DNA of 14,254 nucleotides from an uncultured archaeon (GTDB lineage Archaea; Asgardarchaeota; Heimdallarchaeia; Heimdallarchaeales; Kariarchaeaceae): NCBI GenBank assembly GCA_964645535.1, contig CAZYCQ010000034.1, positions 19,090 to 33,343 of the forward strand, read 5' to 3'. Shown piece by piece: positions 6,976 to 14,254 of this stretch (position 1 is its first letter; each line of letters starts with the position of its first letter). The notes under the pieces were generated by a model. It saw only the letters and a program-made list of their open reading frames with translations, ran no database searches and was not told where the DNA came from. The position numbers and the translations under genes were made by a program.

Positions 6976-7515
6976 TCAGAGAGGGGAAATTGACTGCTTT
7001 TTGTGGATAACATATCGTCCCAGTTTTGTCTGCATTATCCAGCCGTTTTCTTCAAATTTTGAAAGAATCTGCCGAACATATCTGGGACTGAGCGAATTAA
7101 TTGAAGCAATAGTCTCTATTGTCATCCCTCCATAATGGCTGGATGTTTCAGCATGGCGAACTAGGGTTCGAGCTACCTCAAGTTCATCCTCATCGAGCAT
7201 CATTTGAACATTTGGACTTCTCAGGTCACCTAGGGCATTTGTAAGTGTTTGGAGGGTAAGGTTGACGGCGAAATCGACGAATCCCTCCACAGATTTGATA
7301 CCATATTGTCTTTGAAGGAGAGGATTTTTTAGAAGTTCTGAAATACGTTCACGAAGGTTCAGGTTGAGGGGAACCAGTCCACCAGAAATATATTGGCTCA
7401 GAAAGATTCGCAGGGCAGCAGGTTTTGAACAATGATAGGTTTTTTCCAACTCCCGGATCAGTTCGGCATGCTTTCCGCTGAAAGTGGTGCTAATGGTTAC
7501 ATACTCCACACTCAT
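6976..7515 (-). CDS. Putative transcriptional regulator with RHH-like N-terminal modules and a C-terminal winged HTH
   Basis: aa 5-44 form a strand-helix-helix (VTISTTF..HAELIREL..SKPAALRIFL). aa 47-88 form a second similar unit (YGIKSVEGFVDFAV). aa ~107-170 form a wHTH (MTIETIA..LSPRYVRQILSKFEENGWI..GRY). Confidence 0.7.
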   Translation of the reverse strand: MSVEYVTISTTFSGKHAELIRELEKTYHCSKPAALRIFLSQYISGGLVPLNLNLRERISELLKNPLLQRQYGIKSVEGFVDFAVNLTLQTLTNALGDLRSPNVQMMLDEDELEVARTLVRHAETSSHYGGMTIETIASINSLSPRYVRQILSKFEENGWIMQTKLGRYVIHKKQSISPL

Positions 7516-7537
7516 AAAACGTCAAGCCATTTCAGAG

Positions 7538-7545
7538 TATTTAAC
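7538..7545 (-). promoter_or_regulatory. TATA-like box for the regulator gene
   Basis: GTTAAATA on the minus strand lies 23-30 nt upstream of the ATG at 7515. Confidence 0.4.
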
Positions 7546-7597
7546 ATTTCTTGATGTCGAAATTGATGGGAAAGTAATTACTCAATGGTTCAGTATC

Positions 7598-9136
7598 TTA
7601 TCTTCTTTCATGGAATCTTTTGTCCAATGCCTCATAGAATCGGTTCACTTGGGTTTCTTTGAGAGAGGAGAGGGTGGAGGGATAATGATTGGTCAATTCC
7701 GGGACAGATGTAGAAATTGAATTCAAGGAGATTCTGTCAGCATTTTGGTCGATGGCCTGAAGTGTCGTTTGGATCTTGTTCTCCAAGCGTTTCCAGTTTT
7801 CGGCAACGGCAAGATGATGTGCTTGATGGAGAAATTGGCGACCTTCACCCAAATTTCCCCACATGCAGTAAATTTTCCCCTTGAGAAAGAGAAACTCTGC
7901 AAGAAGGCCTTTTGAATCATATTCGGAGATTTGTTCTTCCAATAATCCAAGGGAGGTTTGCAGTTCGTTTGCAACAATCTCCTTGTCTTCCTCGGTGGAA
8001 TAGCTTTCCCATTCAATGATGTACAGGTCAATGAGGTTCGTCAGAGCCGTAAGAGTGATTTCATAGTTTTTGGGATGCTGAAGCAGTGATCGGAAAAGCT
8101 CTTGAGCCCGGATCTTATTGGCTGCACGCGGTTTCTTTTTGTAAATCAACGCTTCAAGAAGAGTGAGAGAGGGAAGGAGATCCGTAAAACCTTCGTTTTC
8201 AACAACCTGTTGCAACAAAGGAAACAATGTTTCCGCCTCTTCCATCCGGTTCATTCCGATCAGGCAACTAATGACGTTTTTCAGGGCATTGGCCTTAAGA
8301 TGTTCATTATCCAATTGCTGTGCGAACAGGAGAGCCTGACGATAATTGGAAAGGGCAGCATTCTGATCGCCGATCTTGTTTTTGATAAAACCGAGGAGTT
8401 CGTGAACTTTGGCAACCTGGTTTGTGCGTTCATGTTTTTGGTAGATCTTAAGAGCTTCCAGATACATTCCTTCGGATTCTCTAGGATCTTCAAGATTGGA
8501 CATCAGGGCACCAAGGTTGCAGAGGGTATTGGCATACCCAATTTCATCACCCACCTCCTTTTTGATCTGCAAGGTTCTGAGATATGTTTTTTTGGCTGCA
8601 TCTATTTTTCCTGCCCATTCGAGTCCTATGGAGAGAGTATTGAGGGAATGCCCAAGTTTTCTTTTATTGTTCATTTTTTCGGCTAGAGTCACTGCCACCT
8701 CTGCCTTTTGTATTCCCTCATCAATCACCCCTTTTTCAAGAAGCAGCATGGCCTCCGTATTGCGTATTGAATGGATCCAATAGATGGTTTCTTCTTTTGG
8801 ATCCAGTTCCGGCATCGTTCCAAGAATGTTCAAGGCGTCATCATATTTGCCGACATGGAAATAGGAAGAAAGAATTCTTGAAAGAGCCATCAATGTTTCC
8901 AAAACACTTTTCGGTTCATAGTCCCATGCTTTTTTCGCGAAATCAGTGGATTGGGAATATTGCTGTGAGAATTCATAGTATAGACTCATGAGGAGACAAT
9001 AAAGAAATGAATCGGAAGGAAGAGCATTGATTTCAACCCTTGCTTCCTTCAATTGTTTGTTGGAAAGAAGGTCAAGGACACGGAAATACTGTTTCAACAA
9101 CAGTAATGGAATGTGTACTTCTTTAAATGTTCTCAA
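7598..9136 (-). CDS. Tetratricopeptide repeat protein of the type expanded in Asgard archaea; the true start may be TTG 9100 or 9097
   Basis: Several ~40-aa TPR units (LGHSLNTLS..G..DAA..Y; YANTLCNLG..Y.EAL; VHELLG..A..Y.QAL). The C-terminal LLEALIYKKKPRAANKIRAQELF..EITLTALTNLIDLYIIE block resembles Heimdall/Loki TPR proteins as I recall them. Confidence 0.85.
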   Translation of the reverse strand: MRTFKEVHIPLLLLKQYFRVLDLLSNKQLKEARVEINALPSDSFLYCLLMSLYYEFSQQYSQSTDFAKKAWDYEPKSVLETLMALSRILSSYFHVGKYDDALNILGTMPELDPKEETIYWIHSIRNTEAMLLLEKGVIDEGIQKAEVAVTLAEKMNNKRKLGHSLNTLSIGLEWAGKIDAAKKTYLRTLQIKKEVGDEIGYANTLCNLGALMSNLEDPRESEGMYLEALKIYQKHERTNQVAKVHELLGFIKNKIGDQNAALSNYRQALLFAQQLDNEHLKANALKNVISCLIGMNRMEEAETLFPLLQQVVENEGFTDLLPSLTLLEALIYKKKPRAANKIRAQELFRSLLQHPKNYEITLTALTNLIDLYIIEWESYSTEEDKEIVANELQTSLGLLEEQISEYDSKGLLAEFLFLKGKIYCMWGNLGEGRQFLHQAHHLAVAENWKRLENKIQTTLQAIDQNADRISLNSISTSVPELTNHYPSTLSSLKETQVNRFYEALDKRFHERR

Positions 9137-9161
9137 ACTCGGAAAGTATTTAATAAGAGGA
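9122..9161. promoter_or_regulatory. Candidate bidirectional promoter between the TPR and MinD-like genes
   Basis: Palindromic TTTAAA (9122-9127) is about 25 nt from minus-strand TTG 9097 and 35 nt from the plus-strand ATG at 9163. That ATG is preceded by SD-like GAGGA. A second AT box, TATTTAATAA, lies at 9147-9156. Confidence 0.4.
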
Positions 9162-9162
9162 C

Positions 9163-9939
9163 ATGCTAGACGGATGTGTGATTGTTTCAGTTGTAAGTTT
9201 CAGGGGAGGAAGCGGAAAATCTTTTTTTTCCCTGAATCTTGCCCGTTCACTTCACGACATGGGGACAAGAACGATCTTGGTTGAGGCAGATTTTCTGGCA
9301 CCATCATATCACTACATTTCCGAGAGGGAGGGAATGACATGGAATGAATTCATTTTGGGAGAACGGGAGGAAATCACCCCATCCTTTACCTTGGACGGAT
9401 TGGAAGTCATATGCACATCACCAAACGACCAACGAATGCTCAAACAGATCCATAATGACCAACTCTGGAGTACAACCATTTCCGACCAGATATCCTGGTT
9501 TCTGAACAAGATGGAGAAAAAGAAGGACGTAATTGTCTTTGACAATCAAGGAGGACTGTTTTATTCGACACTTGTGCATTGTTTTTTTTCTGATTTTGTC
9601 ATCTGCATTCTTAGACCGGACCATAATGACGTCCGGAGCACGGTAACCTACCTGAAGACATTAAAGCGACCTTTTTGGTTGGTCTGGAACAGCATCATCA
9701 AATGGGATGAAGTGTCAAAAATCACGGACAGATGGACCGAGAAATATTTTGCAGGATTGGAGAATTATCGAGGGGTTTTAGGGAAAATTCCATTTGATGA
9801 GGAGAGTGCATTTCTCAAATGGATCAAAGGAATTACGTTTCCGACCGGAACGGAATACCAAAAAGCAGTTGGGGAAATTTCGAACAGGTTGCTTGAGCTA
9901 AAGGACAATTCACTGAGCGACAAAGGAATTACTAAATGA
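9163..9939 (+). CDS. MinD/ParA-family (SIMIBI) P-loop ATPase
   Basis: Deviant Walker A SFRGGSGKS, followed by NLA..L...G..TILVEADF.AP, Walker B region DVIVFDNQGG, SDFVICILRPD, LVWN and LGKIPFDE. Confidence 0.88.
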   Translation: MLDGCVIVSVVSFRGGSGKSFFSLNLARSLHDMGTRTILVEADFLAPSYHYISEREGMTWNEFILGEREEITPSFTLDGLEVICTSPNDQRMLKQIHNDQLWSTTISDQISWFLNKMEKKKDVIVFDNQGGLFYSTLVHCFFSDFVICILRPDHNDVRSTVTYLKTLKRPFWLVWNSIIKWDEVSKITDRWTEKYFAGLENYRGVLGKIPFDEESAFLKWIKGITFPTGTEYQKAVGEISNRLLELKDNSLSDKGITK

Positions 9940-10010
9940 GACAGTAATTGCAAAACGGCATTACAGAGCCCTGCATTAGCTTTTTATGGGATTTTTGTCA
10001 TTCCACCATT

Positions 10011-12767
10011 ATGCTGTCAAGAAAAGTCAGCGGGATAGTGCTTTCTGTTCTGCTTTTATTTTCAATGACAAATTTCTCTATCGCAGAGAAGAGAAATGAA
10101 CGGAAATCAATTGGTCTTGCCTATGTGACTTTCGGGTCAATCTCCATCAGTGGAGATACAGACTTGATTCAAACTGCAAGTACCAATGGATGGAATGGAA
10201 ACGGAAGCCAATCGGCTCCGATAATTATTGAAGGATACAATATCACTACGGATCCAGCAATATCATTGACCAACACAAGATTGCATGTGGTTATCAGGGA
10301 CATGGTTCTGCAAGATGCAGGGATCAGCCTCACCAACGTTTCCAACGTGATGTTTGATTCGGTTGAGGTCATGAGTACAGGATCTGGGGTATTGGTTGAC
10401 AATTCCACCAAGGTGACAATGACCAACATGACCATCACCAATCAATTGAGGGTCTTTGAATCCAATGGAATCACGGTGATGAATTCCATCATCAAGAATG
10501 TCACAGGAACCGTGATGGGAATTTCGGTCGAAAGCTCTTCAGGAGTGTCTGTGACAGGTACAACGGTTTCGAACGTTTCAAAATCAGGGATCAGCATTTC
10601 AGGAAGCGACAATGTCACATTGACAGGAGTGAACATCAGTCAGACTGGAGAGAACGGGCTTTTTGTCATCTCATCACAAGACATCAAAGTCAATGGCTTG
10701 CAGACAGGAGGAGGGATAGGCATCAATGATGTGGCCTTCCAGAATTCAAATAATACCGAGATTGATGGGATCACTTCTTGGGGCCCTCAAGGAGCTTCCA
10801 TTATGGATATGTTCAATTCAAACAACACGTTCATCAGAAATGTAAGTGCAAATAATTCGTTTGGGGCGATATATCTAAGGAATTCCGAGAATTTGACTCT
10901 TGAAAACTCGGAGATCCAGAATTCACAAAACCATGGAGTTCGTGTCCATATGGTAAAGGGATTTGCCATGACAGGAGTCACCGTAAGGAATTCAGCATTC
11001 AGTGGGACATATATCACGAACAGCACAGATGTTGCAGTTACAGATGTTGATATGATGGAAACCAACCAGACAGGGTTCCTCATTGATTTTTCCGAGGGAG
11101 TAGCCCTTCGTGATTCGACAGCAATAGACAACTTGAACTATGGAATATTGTTGAGGGGATCTGCAAATGCATTGCTTTCCAATCTCACGGCAATCGGGAA
11201 TGGGATGAACGCAACCCTGTTCTCAGGGATTGGAGCAGAAAGTTCAGAGAATGTCACAATTGAAATGAGCAAAGCCGCCACCAATAAATATGCAGGAATA
11301 CTCGTCGGAGGAAAGAACATCACACTTTCAGACAACGAAGTATGGGGAAATGCAAACCATGGAATTACAGGGAATGGAGTTGACGGATTGATCATCCAAG
11401 AAAATACAATACGAGACAACCTGGAACATGGAATCTTCTTTGTCAATGGAAACAATCAGGAATACGTAAACAACACAGTCAGCGGAAATCAGGGCTATGG
11501 GATCCATCCATCCGTTGGGGAAAACCTTACCATTGCCGGGAACTTCGTCACCAATTCCGGAGATTATGGGATCTTTGTCAATAGCATCACCTTTACAGAC
11601 GTGTCCGACAATATTGTGGAGAATTCCAGTACCAAGGGTATGGTCATCAGATTGAGCGGGAATGTGACGGCAAAATACAATACCGTTTTCGCAAGTGACG
11701 AAGAAGGGATCTTAGTTGAAACCACAGTGAATTCAAGCCTTTCATCAAACAATCTCATCCAGAATTCCGGTGGAGGTGTCAAGATCATAGGTATATCAGC
11801 AAACGTCACCATTGCCGGCAACAATTTTGTCGAAAATGGGAACCCACAAGGGGAAGACAACAGTACGGGAATGCTCTGGAAAGGAAACTATTGGTCAGAC
11901 CTGACGAAACCGGATACTGACAATGATGGAATTGTCGATATTGCCTATGACCTTTCAGGAACGGCCAATGCAACAGATATGGAACCATTGACCATGGTAA
12001 CCGATGCATTCGACAGATATGACTATATGCTTGCCGTCATATTGTTGACACCTATTGGAGGAGAGAAGTTGAATGAGTCGATTACAATCAGTTGGGAACC
12101 TGCAATCGTAGGGATGGATCTTCCCGTAACCTACAGTCTCGATTATTCTTCAGATGGAGGAACATCTTGGACACCGATCATTGCAGCAACAACGGGTACC
12201 TCCTATGAATGGGAAACCTTTGATGTGCCCAATGGAAGCTATCAAATCAGGCTCACCGCAACTGCCGGAAATCGCATGCGGGAGACGATCTCAGGAAGCT
12301 TTACCGTCACAAATATCCACAAGCTCTCATCCCTCGAGATTACCACCCCTTCAGCGGACGAAAAAGTCACTGGAACGATAACCATTGCATGGACACCGGT
12401 AGAAGATTCTTTCCCCCATTCCATCACCTACACTGTAGAATATTCGTTGGATGGAGGCACATCCTGGAAAGCAATCGCTTCAGGGATAAACGGAACTTCC
12501 ATAACATGGGATGTTTCAGAAATGCCGAATGGAAATGTCCTAATCCGTGTGACTGCCTCGGATATGAATGGACTGTCAGTGGAAGCGGTCAGAAGCATCG
12601 TAATCAACAATCCAGTACAGCCAACCACCAATTCCACTTCCGTGACAGATAAAGGCAGTGAGGGAAATAACCTGCTCCTTCCCATTTTGGTTGCCGCAAT
12701 TGTCGGATTTGCAGGAATCGCAGCGTTTGTTTTCAGGAAACGGATAGCCGATTTGATCAAAAAGTAA
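10011..12767 (+). CDS. Cell-surface glycoprotein: right-handed parallel beta-helix (NosD/PbH1) + two Ig/Fn3-like domains + C-terminal TM anchor
   Basis: Start moved from 9948 to ATG 10011, which gives the signal peptide MLSRKVSGIVLSVLLLF and has TTTTTATG about 25 nt upstream. Features: NGWNGNGS..PIIIEGYNI cap, many ~22-23-aa G-I..S.N.T...N repeats, a GNYWSD..D.D.DGI.D..Y..D..PL end motif, two Ig-like repeats, an S/T linker and a TM followed by RKR. Confidence 0.9.
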   Translation: MLSRKVSGIVLSVLLLFSMTNFSIAEKRNERKSIGLAYVTFGSISISGDTDLIQTASTNGWNGNGSQSAPIIIEGYNITTDPAISLTNTRLHVVIRDMVLQDAGISLTNVSNVMFDSVEVMSTGSGVLVDNSTKVTMTNMTITNQLRVFESNGITVMNSIIKNVTGTVMGISVESSSGVSVTGTTVSNVSKSGISISGSDNVTLTGVNISQTGENGLFVISSQDIKVNGLQTGGGIGINDVAFQNSNNTEIDGITSWGPQGASIMDMFNSNNTFIRNVSANNSFGAIYLRNSENLTLENSEIQNSQNHGVRVHMVKGFAMTGVTVRNSAFSGTYITNSTDVAVTDVDMMETNQTGFLIDFSEGVALRDSTAIDNLNYGILLRGSANALLSNLTAIGNGMNATLFSGIGAESSENVTIEMSKAATNKYAGILVGGKNITLSDNEVWGNANHGITGNGVDGLIIQENTIRDNLEHGIFFVNGNNQEYVNNTVSGNQGYGIHPSVGENLTIAGNFVTNSGDYGIFVNSITFTDVSDNIVENSSTKGMVIRLSGNVTAKYNTVFASDEEGILVETTVNSSLSSNNLIQNSGGGVKIIGISANVTIAGNNFVENGNPQGEDNSTGMLWKGNYWSDLTKPDTDNDGIVDIAYDLSGTANATDMEPLTMVTDAFDRYDYMLAVILLTPIGGEKLNESITISWEPAIVGMDLPVTYSLDYSSDGGTSWTPIIAATTGTSYEWETFDVPNGSYQIRLTATAGNRMRETISGSFTVTNIHKLSSLEITTPSADEKVTGTITIAWTPVEDSFPHSITYTVEYSLDGGTSWKAIASGINGTSITWDVSEMPNGNVLIRVTASDMNGLSVEAVRSIVINNPVQPTTNSTSVTDKGSEGNNLLLPILVAAIVGFAGIAAFVFRKRIADLIKK
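12033..12611 (+). repeat. Tandem pair of ~95-aa Ig-like domains
   Basis: TP..EK..ITI.W.P...TY...YS.DGGTSW..I....GTS..W....PNG...IR.TA occurs at 12033-12314 and 12330-12611. Confidence 0.85.
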
Positions 12768-13040
12768 AAATCATTCAAATCCAATTCATCAAAAATCAGA
12801 GTGGAAATCATAGTACAATTGATTGGAATGACAAAAACAAAAAAAGGAAAACAAAAAAAATTCAATTGAGAATCGATCCGGATCCTTTTCAGGAGAAACG
12901 AAAATCAAAATACACAAAGGACAGCCAAAATTTCACCACAACACAACATCCCTCAACAATATATTCTTCAGCAAAGACACAGACATCTATCTGTGAAATT
13001 TACCCATCATCCCCCCTCCGGAAAAGCAGAGCGCTTTGAC

Positions 13041-13343
13041 ATGAATCGTGCCAAAAGGAAGGCGACCGCCCGACTCATTTCCCAGATTGCCTTCGTCCTC
13101 TTCATAATCGGTGTCTTTTTCGGAGTAAAATTGTTCAATCTCAGCTTGGTAGTGATTGCACTTATCCTGTGGATTCTGAACTCAACCATTGCCTCAATGC
13201 TGTATCCGAAACGATATACCATTGCACCGGAAATTACCTCAGATACCCCGCCGTCCGGCAATAAATATTGTGAAGTATGCGGCAACCAACTGGAAGCAAA
13301 CGCAGCCTTTTGCAGCGAATGCGGAGCAAAGATTGCTAATTGA
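13041..13343 (+). CDS. Small two-TM membrane protein with a C-terminal zinc ribbon
   Basis: The likely start is ATG 13041 (MNRAKRK; the ORF track starts at GTG 12993). Two hydrophobic helices are followed by KYCEVCG..LEANAAFCSECG (CxxC-x10-CxxC). Confidence 0.85.
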   Translation: MNRAKRKATARLISQIAFVLFIIGVFFGVKLFNLSLVVIALILWILNSTIASMLYPKRYTIAPEITSDTPPSGNKYCEVCGNQLEANAAFCSECGAKIAN

Positions 13344-13385
13344 TTGTTGAATTTATATGTTAAGAACTCAACAATCTCTTTTTTT
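13342..13385 (+). terminator. Hairpin plus T-tract terminator candidate
   Basis: GATTGTTGA (13342-13350) and TCAACAATC (13368-13376) form a perfect 9-bp inverted repeat, followed by T7 at 13379-13385. Confidence 0.5.
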
Positions 13386-13528
13386 ATAAATCATTTATGT
13401 TTCAAGCAATTAATGATTTAAAGGTTGTTTGAATTATATTCCCATTGGAAAATTATTTAATTATTGATCCTATCGTGGCAGAATATTGAAAATCAACCCA
13501 TGAGTCACAACACAATATGAAAATTAAC

Positions 13529-14254
13529 TCATTGATAGATTTCATAAAGTTTGGAAGCCAAGGTTTCAGTACGACTTTCAATACATTCAGGTGTCCATTC
13601 ATTAATTTTTGCGAGAGCTGAATTGAATTTCAATGGTTCATTTGAAAGGTGATATTTTTTAGCTTCGAAAGTTCCATTTCTGATCTTTGGAATCATGGGG
13701 TATGCTAAAATTATATAATTACCAAGCATTTTCTCAAGAATTTCTCTTTCAGGTTCTGGAAGATTCGAAAAATTAGACCAAGACGAACCCTTTCTTATGA
13801 AAATTAATTCAACTTCACCAAGGGTTTGAAGTGGAAATCGTTCTTGGAGGTGTTTTTCTACGATTTCGGGATATTCAATCTTTCGGAGGAAATAATATGC
13901 GGTCTCTTTTTTCATTTTTGTATGCTTATAAGCGGAAATGAAATTTGATTTTATATTGAGTGTAACAAATTCATGTTCCTCCAAAAAATCAATTGTTTCC
14001 AAAAACGCGTCGTAATTTTTGGAATCGTCGTCCCAAACCGAGTTCTTGATCCATTCGATGGAAACATTGAGGATTTGAGTAGCCGATAGGAGTTTAGGAA
14101 CCGCATTATGCACCAATATTTTCTCCACTTCCCAGAGAAAGTCAAACCAACTGTCTGGATAAATTGAATTAATTATCTTGAACAATAGAGGATAAATATT
14201 TTCGTATTTTAAGAAATAAGTAATGGCATATAGGGGTTCCAGTACATTTTCCTC
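13529..14254 (-). CDS. GmrSD-like protein, C-terminal DUF1524 (HNH-type) domain; 5' end lies outside the window
   Basis: The frame is open to the window edge (EENVLEPLYAITYFLKYENIYPLLFK..). The C-terminus reads YFLRKIE..LGNYIIL..RNGTFEAKK..WTPECIESRTETLA, the DUF1524 pattern LGNLxLL..N..F..KK..W....I..R...L. Confidence 0.72.
   Translation of the reverse strand, partial: EENVLEPLYAITYFLKYENIYPLLFKIINSIYPDSWFDFLWEVEKILVHNAVPKLLSATQILNVSIEWIKNSVWDDDSKNYDAFLETIDFLEEHEFVTLNIKSNFISAYKHTKMKKETAYYFLRKIEYPEIVEKHLQERFPLQTLGEVELIFIRKGSSWSNFSNLPEPEREILEKMLGNYIILAYPMIPKIRNGTFEAKKYHLSNEPLKFNSALAKINEWTPECIESRTETLASKLYEIYQ

Noticed and set aside
9948-10010. N-terminal 21-aa extension of the beta-helix protein (TTG start at 9948)
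   Set aside because: It would bury the signal peptide and contains the TATA-like box. ATG 10011 fits better.
12141-12470. Asp-box (S.DGG.SW) motifs as evidence for a sialidase/BNR propeller
   Set aside because: There is only one motif per ~95-aa Ig-like repeat, a common hairpin in such domains, and no propeller periodicity.
3643-12865. Numerous 60-195-aa ORFs overlapping the long CDSs (e.g. 8102..8686, 5545..5949, 12428..12865)
   Set aside because: They are antisense or alternate-frame shadows of well-supported genes and carry no recognisable motifs.
1-14254. CRISPR array, tRNA or rRNA genes
   Set aside because: I saw no regularly spaced identical repeats with spacers, no cloverleaf with a T-loop motif and no rRNA-like segment. 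The intergenic spaces are short.

Overview
Gene-dense, intron-free prokaryotic DNA with archaeal-style promoters (TATA-like boxes about 25-30 nt before start codons) and oligo-T terminators. It is most likely from an Asgard archaeon (Heimdallarchaeia-like); this is inferred from the TPR C-terminal signature, the MinD/TPR pairing and the NosD-like surface glycoprotein. Left to right: (1) an AT-rich two-gene unit encoding a secreted Trp/Tyr/Ser/Thr-rich beta protein with two aerolysin-like amphipathic hairpins, plus a membrane-anchored partner; (2) a decayed minus-strand pseudogene; (3) a 1034-aa CD36/SR-BI/LIMP-2-family scavenger receptor homologue that is cysteine-free and carries a ~590-aa repeat insertion at the ligand-binding apex; (4) a CopD/DUF4149-like membrane protein; (5) an RHH-RHH-wHTH regulator and a TPR protein, divergent from a MinD/ParA ATPase; (6) a beta-helix + 2x Ig-like surface protein; (7) a small membrane zinc-ribbon protein; (8) the 3' part of a GmrSD-like (DUF1524) gene whose HNH motif looks degenerate. 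The most notable items are the prokaryotic CD36-family receptor and the candidate pore-forming toxin pair. All family calls come from motif recognition by eye; no searches were run.
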